Source: a virus (lineage: Duplodnaviria; Heunggongvirae; Uroviricota; Caudoviricetes). Taken from it: DNA of 34,673 bases. The stretch lies in the IMG/VR virus record IMGVR_UViG_2563366915_000001; one strand, given 5' to 3'. The translations under genes were made by a program, and so were the position numbers. Shown here in pieces: positions 8,374 to 16,474 of the stretch. Each line of letters starts with the position of its first letter. The first letter of the stretch is position 1. A model generated the notes under the pieces. It was not told the DNA's origin, did not search any database, and saw only the letters and a list, made by a program, of their open reading frames with translations.

Positions 8374-9303
8374 ATGGCAAACACTGCTGAGATATTCAAT
8401 TTTCCAGTGCCGGATGCGGCACAAAAGGAGCCGCGCGTGGCAGATCTCGATGATGGTTATACGCGCATTGCAAATGAGTTGCTGGAAGCTGTGATGCTGG
8501 CCGGATTAACACAGCACCAGCTTCTGGTCTTCCTGGCTGTCATGCGCAAAACATATGGCTTTAATAAAAAACTGGATTGGGTGAGCAACGAGCAACTTTC
8601 CGAATTGACCGGGATATTGCCGCACAAGTGTTCTGCTGCAAAAAGCGTTCTGGTAAAGCGTGGGATTCTTATTCAGAGCGGGCGGAATATCGGCATTAAT
8701 AATGTGGTCAGTGAATGGTCAACATTACCCGAATCAGGTAAGAAAAATAAAGTTTACCTGAAAGAGGTAAATTTACCTGAATCAGGTAAGAAAAGTTTAC
8801 CCAAATCAGGTAAAGGCGTTTACCCGAATCAGGTAAACACAAAAGACAAACTAACAAAAGACAATATAAAACCTTTTTCGTCCGAGAATTCTGGCGAATC
8901 CTCTGACCAGCCAGAAAACGATCTTCCTGTGGTGAAACCGGATGCTGCAATTCAGAGCGGCAGCAAGTGGGGGACAGCAGAAGACCTGACCGCCGCAGAG
9001 TGGATGTTTGACATGGTGAAGACTATCGCACCATCAGCCAGAAAACCGAATTTTGCTGGGTGGGCTAACGATATCCGCCTGATGCGTGAACGTGACGGAC
9101 GTAACCACCGCGACATGTGCGTGCTGTTCCGCTGGGCCTGCCAGGACAACTTCTGGTCCGGTAACGTGCTGAGTCCGGCCAAACTCCGCGACAAGTGGAC
9201 CCAGCTCGAAATCAACCGGAACAAGCAACAGGCTGGCGTGACAGTCGGCAAACCAAAACTCGACCTGACAAACACTGACTGGATTTACGGGGTGGATCTA
9301 TGA
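8374..9303 (+). CDS. O: Replication initiator O; start taken at MANTAEIFNF with GGGAGGA RBS
   Basis: N-terminal O-type domain (ADLDDGY...LLVFLAVMRKTYGFNKK), lambda-like C-terminus ending ...DWIYGVDL, iteron array inside the gene; 4-bp overlap with P. Confidence 0.9.
   Translation: MANTAEIFNFPVPDAAQKEPRVADLDDGYTRIANELLEAVMLAGLTQHQLLVFLAVMRKTYGFNKKLDWVSNEQLSELTGILPHKCSAAKSVLVKRGILIQSGRNIGINNVVSEWSTLPESGKKNKVYLKEVNLPESGKKSLPKSGKGVYPNQVNTKDKLTKDNIKPFSSENSGESSDQPENDLPVVKPDAAIQSGSKWGTAEDLTAAEWMFDMVKTIAPSARKPNFAGWANDIRLMRERDGRNHRDMCVLFRWACQDNFWSGNVLSPAKLRDKWTQLEINRNKQQAGVTVGKPKLDLTNTDWIYGVDL
8725..8880. repeat. Replication origin: five 17-19-bp iterons (consensus tttacccgaatcaggtaa) followed by an A-rich segment, inside O
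   Basis: Direct repeats at 8725-8741, 8753-8770, 8772-8789, 8796-8813 and 8819-8836, then acacaaaagacaaactaacaaaagacaatataaaacc; same layout as lambda ori. Confidence 0.8.
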
Positions 9304-10001
9304 AAAACATCGCCGCACAGATGGTTAACTTTGACCGTGAGCAGATGCGTCGGATCGCCAACAACATGCCGGAACAGTATGACGAAAAGCCACAGGTACA
9401 GCAGGTAGCGCAGATCATCAACGGTGTGTTCAGCCAGTTACTGGCAACTTTCCCGGCGAGCCTGGCTAATCGTGAGCAGAACGAACTGAACGAAATCCGC
9501 CGCCAGTGGGTTCTGGCTTTCCGGGAAAACGGGATCACCACGATGGAACAGGTTAACGCAGGAATGCGCGTAGCCCGTCGGCAGAATCGACCATTCCTGC
9601 CATCCCCCGGACAGTTTGTAGCCTGGTGCCGGGAAGAAGCATCCGTTATTGCCGGACTACCAAACACCAGCGAGCTGGTTGATATGGTTTACGAGTATTG
9701 CCGGAAGCGTGGCCTGTATCCGGATGCAGAGTCTTATCCGTGGAAATCAAACGCGCACTACTGGCTGGTTACCAACCTGTATCAGAACATGCGGGCCAAT
9801 GCGCTTACTGATGCGGAATTACGGCGCAAGGCTGCCGATGAACTGACTTGTATGACCGCGCGAATTAACCGTGGTGAGGCGATACCTGAACCAGTAAAAC
9901 AACTTCCTGTCATGGGCGGTAGACCTCTAAATCGTGCACAGGCTCTGGCGAAGATCGCAGAAATCAAAGCGAAGTTCGGACTGAAAGGAGCAACTGTATG
10001 A
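9300..10001 (+). CDS. P: Replication protein P (DnaB helicase loader), 233 aa
   Basis: Translation MKNIAAQMVNFDREQMRRIANNMPEQYDEKPQVQQVAQIINGVFSQLLATFPASLAN... is near-identical to lambda P. Confidence 0.95.
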   Translation: MKNIAAQMVNFDREQMRRIANNMPEQYDEKPQVQQVAQIINGVFSQLLATFPASLANREQNELNEIRRQWVLAFRENGITTMEQVNAGMRVARRQNRPFLPSPGQFVAWCREEASVIAGLPNTSELVDMVYEYCRKRGLYPDAESYPWKSNAHYWLVTNLYQNMRANALTDAELRRKAADELTCMTARINRGEAIPEPVKQLPVMGGRPLNRAQALAKIAEIKAKFGLKGATV

Positions 10002-10300
10002 CGGGCAAAGAGGCAATTATTCATTACCTGGGGACGCATAAGAGCTTCTGTGCGCAGGACGTTGCTGCGGTAACAGGCGCAACAGTAACCAGTATAAATC
10101 AGGCTGCGGCTAAAATGGCACGGGCAGGAATCTTGGTCGTTGATGGTAAGGTCTGGCGAACGGTGTATTACCGGTTCGCTACCAGGGAAGAACGGGAAGG
10201 AAAGGTGAGCACGAATCTGATTTTCAAGGAGTGTCGCCAGAGTGCCGCGATGAAACGAGTGTTGGCAGTGTATGGAGATATGAACTTAAACTTGCTGTGA
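9998..10300 (+). CDS. ren: Ren (Rex-exclusion negation protein), 100 aa
   Basis: Translation MTGKEAIIHYLGTHKSFCAQDVAAVTGATVTSINQAAAKMARAG... matches lambda Ren. Confidence 0.9.
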   Translation: MTGKEAIIHYLGTHKSFCAQDVAAVTGATVTSINQAAAKMARAGILVVDGKVWRTVYYRFATREEREGKVSTNLIFKECRQSAAMKRVLAVYGDMNLNLL

Positions 10301-10548
10301 CGGTTTTCATCGGTAACACACCATGTAATCTAGCAGTCAGCTTAGAAATAGGAGCGGCAGTTAAAGATTTTTCAGTTAGTAGAAAATTACTGTTATTGCA
10401 GGGATCTAATCACCGGAGAGTCGTTCCATTTGTCTTATGATTACCTGAAGTCCGTTAGTTCGTTGGTAATCACCGTTTTTGTTAGAGAAGTAAGCATCGC
10501 TGACAAAATATTCTCAACGATGCCTGCTTTATTGCTACTACAAATTAA

Positions 10549-12051
10549 TTAAATTGCATCTGCAAACTCTGGGGTTTTTCGCTCAGGTATAATTGATGAG
10601 TTGCTGTTGTCACTTTTTTTATTTTCATGATTACGAATAGCCAATGACTCATTAAAGTCTTTTGCGACTGCTGTCTCAATAAATTCAATTTCTGAATCAG
10701 AGTGTTTTTTAACAGCTTCTTTGATCTCATCCAGAGTAACATAGAAAAACTCTTTTCTACGATTTACAAGATTGACTCTCTTTTTATCGAAGACATCATG
10801 TAGTTTTTTTTCTAATGATGGAGCGTCCTCCGAATAAATCATGGCATGTACATCAAAAATAAAAGGAACAGATGCATCACCGAGCTCATTTACACGGTCT
10901 TGCGGATCAAGACGTCGTGTCATGCCTATTTTATAAACATTCTCCCCAAAAGAACCTATGTTCGAAATAATATAAACATGACCTTGTTTGGTTTGTTGTG
11001 CCATGGATAATGCTCTTTGATGCTTTGATTCAGCCTGCGACAAACTCTGTTCTAGTTCGGCAATGCGATTTTCGAGGCGCTGCTTCATGTCACCAGTAAC
11101 TTTTTCCATTTCCTTTCTTGCAGCTTCAATTGCTTTTTTATAACGGCGCTCTTCTGCCTCTGCGTCTTGCATGGCCTTTTCTATTTCTCGTTGTGCACGC
11201 TCCTCCTCTCTCATTTGTGCCCTTATTTCTGCCTGTTCTTCTTTTTCTTTCTGTTTTTGCTCACGATATTCATGGGTAAGCCACAATTCCTCAAGTTTTT
11301 TATTGAGGTATTTAGTGTTTATATATATGTGATTTTGCTCGTTTAGTTTATTTATGGCCTCAAATGCCTTTGTGATGCGTTCTTCCATTTTAGTGATGTT
11401 TTTCCACGTGCAATTGCTAATTGCAGCATCACATTCATTATTAAATGCTCTAGTAGTTAGCCTGATATTTCTGTCTGTCATTTTTTTACCCTCTGCTCGA
11501 GAGCCTTCAACAGTCCATTGGGTTGTACAATATACTGCGCCAGAGTGGGTTTTATCCCGCAGCATTAATTTCTGTTCATCCCTGATGGATTTTATTTTGT
11601 TTTTAAATTGCTCTGAATCTTCAAAATTAAAATGAGGTTCGTAAAATCCTAGTTCGGCTAGCTCAACATCTTCTGAATAAATAGAAATTTGCCTTACTAG
11701 TTTATCATATATTTCTTTCTTCTCTTTATAAGTTCTTCTTAGCTCTTGGATTTGTTTATTGATACCATCCATTTTTTCAATGGTGTTTGTTAGTTCATTA
11801 TTGGCATTTTCTTTTACTTTTAGGGATTCTTCTTTTATTATGGAGCATTCTTGCTCTGTTTTCTCAATAAGCTTCTTACATTCTTCTTCTACATTAAAAT
11901 AATCTGCAAAGCGAGATTTGTATTCTTCATTTTTTTGATTGCTATCACTTAATTCTAATTGTATTTTTTTGATGCGTTTGATTGCAGCTATATAAAGAAC
12001 AAGAACAACCAATAAAAATATGATTGCAAGTAATAGAGGAGTTTGAGTCAT
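10549..12051 (-). CDS. Membrane-anchored coiled-coil protein with DUF4041-like region and C-terminal T5orf172 (GIY-YIG-like) domain, 500 aa
   Basis: N-terminal hydrophobic helix (LLLAIIFLLVVLVLYIAAI); long E/K/R/Q-rich heptad region; C-terminal GHVYIISNIGSFGENVYKIGMTRRLDPQDRVNELGDASVPFIFDVHAMIYSEDAPSLEKKLHDVFDKKRVNL...KEFFYVTLDEIKEAV fits T5orf172; antisense to the early-right operon; AT-rich. Confidence 0.8.
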   Translation of the reverse strand: MTQTPLLLAIIFLLVVLVLYIAAIKRIKKIQLELSDSNQKNEEYKSRFADYFNVEEECKKLIEKTEQECSIIKEESLKVKENANNELTNTIEKMDGINKQIQELRRTYKEKKEIYDKLVRQISIYSEDVELAELGFYEPHFNFEDSEQFKNKIKSIRDEQKLMLRDKTHSGAVYCTTQWTVEGSRAEGKKMTDRNIRLTTRAFNNECDAAISNCTWKNITKMEERITKAFEAINKLNEQNHIYINTKYLNKKLEELWLTHEYREQKQKEKEEQAEIRAQMREEERAQREIEKAMQDAEAEERRYKKAIEAARKEMEKVTGDMKQRLENRIAELEQSLSQAESKHQRALSMAQQTKQGHVYIISNIGSFGENVYKIGMTRRLDPQDRVNELGDASVPFIFDVHAMIYSEDAPSLEKKLHDVFDKKRVNLVNRRKEFFYVTLDEIKEAVKKHSDSEIEFIETAVAKDFNESLAIRNHENKKSDNSNSSIIPERKTPEFADAI

Positions 12052-12360
12052 TCGTGCTATTCCTTACGGACAATTTAAGACGTTTTGTATTAAATCCTGT
12101 TCAATGTGTATGCGGGTGATTGCTACCGCTTACAATCTTCATAATTATCAGTTAGATAGACTCGCTAGTAAATAATTTCATTTTTTGCAATATTCTTATT
12201 GAATATTTCAATTTATGAAATGAACTCTTTATCCTTTCAAGGTGAAAGGTTTCTTCTTCGGAAATATTTGCTCTCGTGTGACGTATAAAGACCTTTGATT
12301 TTCAAAAATCAGTAGGGAATAATATAGTTACTGTCGGCCTGAACACCCGGTGGTGGGGTT

Positions 12361-12450
12361 GCGCTAAACGGGGACGTTTATGCGCACACACAATCCAAAC
12401 TCTCATCTCCATTCACAGATGCAGAAATGCACCTACGATTTTTTACATTC
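12361..12450 (+). repeat. Direct repeat copy 1 (~90 bp, 7 mismatches versus copy 2 at 14295-14384)
   Basis: gcgctaaacggggacgtttatgcgcaca... aligned by eye with the ninB-proximal copy; carries a short ORF start (ATG 12380) after a GGGGA motif. Confidence 0.75.
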
Positions 12451-12863
12451 GGTGTTTTACTTCGACAGCCAGAATTGGGAGTCTCTATTCGTCTGGCGGC
12501 TAAAGGTGATATGGAAATCGTTATGTTTTGGCCTGAGGTAGTTGTAACTGTTGTAGCAGCTATGGATGTGATCATCATGGTGTCCATTTACTGGGGTTGA
12601 CGACATGATTTATCCGGCGCTATATTCTGTGCGTTGCCGCAAAATCGGCACACGGGATTGGCGTCCCGGGATACTACTCAACGCATACCGCGTTAAGCGG
12701 TTTTTTTGTGCGCTAAGCACGGCTATGCCCAAATTATGGTGGGCTGTGTGAGGGCTTCTTCGGAAGCGCCGGGTTTGAGTAGCCGGTTACGCCAACCTTA
12801 CACAGTTCACCACCAGTCGATTGGCGTCGTTGGTGGTGATGGTTAACCTGATGAGGTGATACT

Positions 12864-13472
12864 ATGACTACTCAATTAGCATTCCACAAAACGACGTTTA
12901 CCCCGATTTGCCACAATAACAGAATTTGGCTTACTGCCACTGAAGTTGGTTTAGCACTGGAATATGCGGACGATAAAGCAGTTCAGCGCATTTACTCTCG
13001 GCACTCAGATGAATTCACAGATATGATGACAAGGGTGGTCAAAGTGACCACCCCTCGTGGAATGCAGGAGTCTCGAGTATTTAGCCTTCGCGGAGCCCAT
13101 TTGATCGCCATGTTTGCTCGTACTCCTGTGGCCAAAGAATTCCGCCGCTGGGTTCTGGATATTCTCGATCGAGAAGTTCAACAATCCCCAATCACAAAAC
13201 AATTCACTGATAACGAACTTTGCACACTCGCCTGGTTATGGCGAGCAAGTGATACGATGTTAACCGCCTGCCAGAACGTTACGCCCCTTCTTCAGGTCGC
13301 AGAGCATCGCGAAGCAGGTAGATTCACTTCAATCGAACAAGAATATCCTCGGATACTCAACAGGGCGCGAGAAATCCTTGCCAGAGAAACGGCGCATGTA
13401 AAATTCCAACCGTGGCAGGATGATAAGTGGAGTCGTGTGTTACCATATTTCCGTCAGAATCTGTTGCAATAA
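12864..13472 (+). CDS. Bro-N domain antirepressor-like protein (202 aa)
   Basis: N-terminal region RIWLTATEVGLALEYADDKAVQRIYSRHSDEF...RGMQESRVFSLRGAHLIAMFARTPVAKEFRRWVLDIL fits the Bro-N/AntA pattern. Confidence 0.7.
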   Translation: MTTQLAFHKTTFTPICHNNRIWLTATEVGLALEYADDKAVQRIYSRHSDEFTDMMTRVVKVTTPRGMQESRVFSLRGAHLIAMFARTPVAKEFRRWVLDILDREVQQSPITKQFTDNELCTLAWLWRASDTMLTACQNVTPLLQVAEHREAGRFTSIEQEYPRILNRAREILARETAHVKFQPWQDDKWSRVLPYFRQNLLQ

Positions 13473-13492
13473 AGTCACTAGTTAGAAATACT

Positions 13493-13532
13493 GCCAGCAT
13501 TCTGCGATGACGGAAGTGCTGGCATTTTTTTT
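13493..13532 (+). terminator. Rho-independent terminator after the Bro-N gene
   Basis: Stem gccagca (13493-13499) / tgctggc (13517-13523), followed by an 8-T tract (13525-13532). Confidence 0.7.
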
Positions 13533-13707
13533 GGTAATGTGCGAGTCCATTTCATAAAATACGGGTACTGGAACTGGACGATATAATCTAAAAGATACCA
13601 TTATCAGTAGCATTAAAATCGCTATGTGCCGATACGGATATAAATTATATTGATTGTTCACATACCTTATTGGATATTACTGAGGGGTGTTTATATAAGG
13701 TGTAACG

Positions 13708-14217
13708 ATGATGTGGAACTTTGACAGTGCCGACTTAAGTGCAATAGCAGCAGGCATTTCTGCGTTTGGCACATTAGCCGCAGCGGGGTCGGCGCTTGCA
13801 AGTTGGTGCACGTCAAAAAAAGCGCTGCAGCTACAAAATAGAGTTTACCTTTATGAGTCTTTAAAGGCTTGCGCTGAGAGAGCCAATTCATCAGCTAAAG
13901 ATAAGCGCGGATCTGAATGGAGCGTTAATGATGCAGCGGATATCATCAGGTGCCTAGTACGGGCGATGGAGCTCATCAAGCAGGATAGCCAGCAGAAAGA
14001 AGGTAATCAGGCATTAATGTTGAAACAGTACTTTGTTAATCTGCTAATAATGGAACTGTACGAGGAAGTTCATAACGGTGATGCGGCTGATTCTGTTTTT
14101 AAAAGTACGGAACCTACACAAGTACTTGATAACTTATGGAGCAAATGGCAGGAGGCTATAGCTTTTTTTGATATTTGGAATTACCCAGTTGCGACTGAGG
14201 AAGACTTGGCAGACTAA
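13708..14217 (+). CDS. Uncharacterised 169-aa protein with hydrophobic N-terminal segment
   Basis: ORF downstream of the terminator in AT-rich DNA; N-terminal AIAAGISAFGTLAAAGSALASW suggests a TM or signal segment; no recognisable catalytic motif. Confidence 0.5.
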   Translation: MMWNFDSADLSAIAAGISAFGTLAAAGSALASWCTSKKALQLQNRVYLYESLKACAERANSSAKDKRGSEWSVNDAADIIRCLVRAMELIKQDSQQKEGNQALMLKQYFVNLLIMELYEEVHNGDAADSVFKSTEPTQVLDNLWSKWQEAIAFFDIWNYPVATEEDLAD

Positions 14218-14294
14218 TTTTCAGCACATTTGATTTCCAATAATCAACCAGCCATAATCATGCCATTGGAGCTTGAACAACTCCGGTGACTTCT

Positions 14295-14384
14295 GCGCTA
14301 AACGGGGACGTTTATGCGCACATACAATCCAAACTCTCTTCTCCCTTCACAGATGCAGAGATGCACCTGCGATTTTTTGCATCC
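14295..14384 (+). repeat. Direct repeat copy 2, immediately upstream of ninB
   Basis: See copy 1; about 92 percent identical over 90 bp. Confidence 0.75.
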
Positions 14385-14415
14385 AGCGTTTGACCTCTGC
14401 GGAGGTGAAGCGTGA
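14314..14415 (+). CDS. Small ORF (33 aa) inside repeat copy 2, YlcH-like by position; overlaps the ninB start
   Basis: ATG preceded by GGGGA; encodes [33 protein letters not shown]; DLP12 has a 33-aa ylcH in this position (recollection). Differences from copy 1 are mostly non-synonymous, so coding status is doubtful. Confidence 0.3.
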   Translation: MRTYNPNSLLPSQMQRCTCDFLHPAFDLCGGEA

Positions 14416-14867
14416 ACCTCCCACAAGACGGCATCAAATTGCATCGTGGTAACTTCACCGCTATCGGCCAGCAGATCCAGCCTTATCTGGAGGAAGGCAA
14501 ATGCTTTCGCATGGTGCTTAAACCGTGGCGTGAGAAACGCAGTCTTTCCCAGAATGCACTCAGCCACATGTGGTACAGCGAAATCAGTGAATACCTCATC
14601 AGCAGGGGTAAAACGTTCGCCACTCCAGCTTGGGTAAAAGATGCTCTCAAACACACATATCTCGGTTATGAAACCAAAGACCTGGTTGATGTCGTAACCG
14701 GTGAGATCACCACTATCCAGTCGTTACGCCATACCTCCGATCTTGATACCGGAGAGATGTATATCTTCCTGTGTAAGGTTGAAGCCTGGGCGGTGAATAT
14801 TGGCTGCCACCTGACTATTCCGCAGAGCTGCGAGTTCCAGCTGCTGCGCGACAAGCAGGAGGCGTAA
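14412..14867 (+). CDS. ninB: NinB-family protein (YbcN-like), GTG start
   Basis: Translation [55 protein letters not shown]... has the NinB-type RSLSQN motif and matches what I recall of DLP12 YbcN. Confidence 0.8.
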   Translation: MNLPQDGIKLHRGNFTAIGQQIQPYLEEGKCFRMVLKPWREKRSLSQNALSHMWYSEISEYLISRGKTFATPAWVKDALKHTYLGYETKDLVDVVTGEITTIQSLRHTSDLDTGEMYIFLCKVEAWAVNIGCHLTIPQSCEFQLLRDKQEA

Positions 14868-15037
14868 TGGCTACACCGCTTATTCGTGTCATGAACGGAC
14901 ACATCTACAGAGTACCAAATCGTCGTAAGCGTAAACCTGAGCTGAAGCCATCCGAAATACCAACACTGCTCGGATATACCGCCAGCTTGGTTGATAAAAA
15001 ATGGTTGCGACTGGCAGCAAGGAGGAATCATGGCTGA
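14867..15037 (+). CDS. ninE: NinE-like small protein (56 aa); not in the ORF track because it is under 60 aa
   Basis: Read manually: ATG at 14867 overlapping the ninB stop (TAATG), [56 protein letters not shown], stop at 15035-15037. Confidence 0.6.
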   Translation: MATPLIRVMNGHIYRVPNRRKRKPELKPSEIPTLLGYTASLVDKKWLRLAARRNHG

Positions 15038-15320
15038 TTTGAGAAAAGCAGCGCGTGGTCGGGAATGCCAGGTAAGAATCCCTGGCGTATGTAATGGCAA
15101 TTCTGAGACGTCTGTACTGGCACATATCCGGCTGGCTGGATTGTGCGGTACCGGTATCAAACCGCCAGACCTGATTGCCACCATTGCATGTTCTGCCTGC
15201 CACGACGAAATCGACCGCCGCACGCATTTTGTTGACGCTGGATATGCAAAAGAATGCGCGCTGGAAGGTATGGCGAGAACGCAGGTTATCTGGCTGAAAG
15301 AGAGGGTAATTAAGGCGTGA
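15030..15320 (+). CDS. ybcO: YbcO-like protein (DUF1364), cysteine-rich; start taken at MADLRK
   Basis: Translation [62 protein letters not shown]...; nin-region position between ninE and rusA. Confidence 0.7.
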   Translation: MADLRKAARGRECQVRIPGVCNGNSETSVLAHIRLAGLCGTGIKPPDLIATIACSACHDEIDRRTHFVDAGYAKECALEGMARTQVIWLKERVIKA

Positions 15321-15679
15321 ATACTTACCACATCACACTACCCTGGCCTCCGAGCAATAATCGCTATTACCGCCATAATCGCGGGCGCACGCACGTCAGC
15401 GCAGAGGGGCAGGCATACCGCGATAACGTCGCCCGAATCATTAAAAACGCAATGCTGGATATCGGCCTGGCTATGCCTGTGAAAATCCGCATTGAGTGCC
15501 ACATGCCGGATCGCCGTCGCCGTGACCTGGATAATCTGCAAAAAGCCGCTTTTGACGCACTCACTAAAGCAGGTTTCTGGCTGGATGATGCTCAGGTCGT
15601 TGATTACCGCGTTGTGAAGATGCCTGTTACCAAAGGTGGGAGGCTGGAACTGACCATCACCGAAATGGGGAATGAATGA
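15317..15679 (+). CDS. rusA: RusA Holliday-junction resolvase, 120 aa
   Basis: Translation [80 protein letters not shown]... matches E. coli RusA. Confidence 0.95.
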   Translation: MNTYHITLPWPPSNNRYYRHNRGRTHVSAEGQAYRDNVARIIKNAMLDIGLAMPVKIRIECHMPDRRRRDLDNLQKAAFDALTKAGFWLDDAQVVDYRVVKMPVTKGGRLELTITEMGNE

Positions 15680-15816
15680 TGTTTGAGTTTAATATGGCAG
15701 AACTTCTTCGCCACCGCTGGGGGCGTCTGCGCTTATATCGTTTCCCCGGCTCTGTTTTGACCGATTACCGAATACTGAAGAATTACGCCAAAACACTGAC
15801 AGGAGCAGGAGTATGA
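15676..15816 (+). CDS. ylcG: YlcG-like small protein (46 aa)
   Basis: Read manually: [46 protein letters not shown], start overlapping the rusA stop. Confidence 0.5.
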   Translation: MMFEFNMAELLRHRWGRLRLYRFPGSVLTDYRILKNYAKTLTGAGV

Positions 15817-15901
15817 AGTCAGAGATAACAATCAACTAATACTGTTTTGTTGATTTTTGCTTGTAATTGGCGTTCTGGTCTGAGTTTTGTGGAGTAAGTT
15901 G

Positions 15902-16285
15902 ATGCGTGATATTCAGATGGTTCTTGAGCGTTGGGGAGCGTGGGCGGCTAATAATCATGAAGATGTGACCTGGTCGTCCATTGCCGCCGGTTTTAAGGGA
16001 TTAATTCCTTCAAAAGTAAAATCTCGCCCGCAATGTTGTGACGATGACGCGATGATCATTTGCGGGTGCATGGCCCGTCTGAAAAAGAACAACAGCGATT
16101 TGCACGATTTATTAGTAGATTATTATGTAGTCGGTATGACATTCATGTCACTGGCAGGTAAGCATTGCTGCTCTGATGGTTATATCGGGAAAAGGTTACA
16201 AAAGGCTGAGGGCATAATTGAAGGGATGTTAATGGCATTAGATATCCGGTTAGAGATGGATATCGTTGTTAATAACTCTAATTAA
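15902..16285 (+). CDS. Q: Late antiterminator Q of the phage-82/DLP12 QuuD type (127 aa from MRDIQ)
   Basis: Translation [78 protein letters not shown]... matches my recollection of QuuD; sits between the nin genes and the lysis region. Confidence 0.85.
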   Translation: MRDIQMVLERWGAWAANNHEDVTWSSIAAGFKGLIPSKVKSRPQCCDDDAMIICGCMARLKKNNSDLHDLLVDYYVVGMTFMSLAGKHCCSDGYIGKRLQKAEGIIEGMLMALDIRLEMDIVVNNSN

Positions 16286-16318
16286 TATGCCAATTGTTTA
16301 CTAAAAATTATTAAAAAT

Positions 16319-16336
16319 GGGGCGTTGAGACGCCCC
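16319..16336 (-). terminator. Hairpin with T-tract on the minus strand; possible terminator for nmpC
   Basis: ggggcg/cgcccc stem; on the minus strand it is followed by atttttaataattttt. Confidence 0.35.
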
Positions 16337-16424
16337 CAAAAATAAAGGGTAATATATAACAGAAGGTTTATATAGTTAGAAGCAAGGTTGTGCTTCTAAA
16401 GGAAGTGGCTTGAGGGAGCCACTT

Positions 16425-16464
16425 ATATGTTGGGGAGGCAACGCCTCCCGCAACATATCTTTTT
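16425..16464 (+). terminator. Strong rho-independent terminator about 180 bp downstream of Q; candidate tR' ending a short pR' leader (6S-like) RNA
   Basis: 15-bp stem (atatgttggggaggc / gcctcccgcaacatat, one bulge) with 3-nt loop, followed directly by ctttttcg; spacing from the Q stop is close to the ~194-nt lambda 6S RNA (recollection). Confidence 0.6.
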
Positions 16465-16474
16465 CGTAATCAGA

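Noticed and set aside
8708-8950. 80-aa minus-strand ORF across the ori iterons, and the iterons as a possible CRISPR array
   Set aside because: The repeats are contiguous/overlapping 17-19-bp iterons without unique spacers and lie within the O reading frame, so this is a replication origin; the antisense ORF is a by-product of the repeats.
10301-10548. Possible terminator for the 500-aa gene or tR2-like element after ren
   Set aside because: Only a weak stem (gcatcg/cgatgc) with an 18-nt loop and no adjoining T-tract; not convincing.
12341-12360. LexA-box-like motif CTGT-N8-ACAC upstream of repeat copy 1
   Set aside because: The spacer is GC-rich and the right half deviates from ACAG; too weak to call an SOS box by inspection.
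12378-12587. 69-aa minus-strand ORF overlapping repeat copy 1, and the 118-aa minus ORF at 14298-14654 overlapping ninB
   Set aside because: Both run antisense through the duplicated repeat and, for the second, through ninB; low-complexity translations; more likely chance ORFs.
14666-15331. 221-aa minus-strand ORF overlapping ninB, ninE and ybcO
   Set aside because: Antisense to three contiguous, translationally coupled nin genes that match known proteins.
16286-16320. Attempt to place pR' -35/-10 hexamers right after Q
   Set aside because: Several AT-rich hexamers are present but none gives a convincing -35/-10 pair at 16-18-bp spacing by eye; left as an unplaced promoter rather than a called feature.
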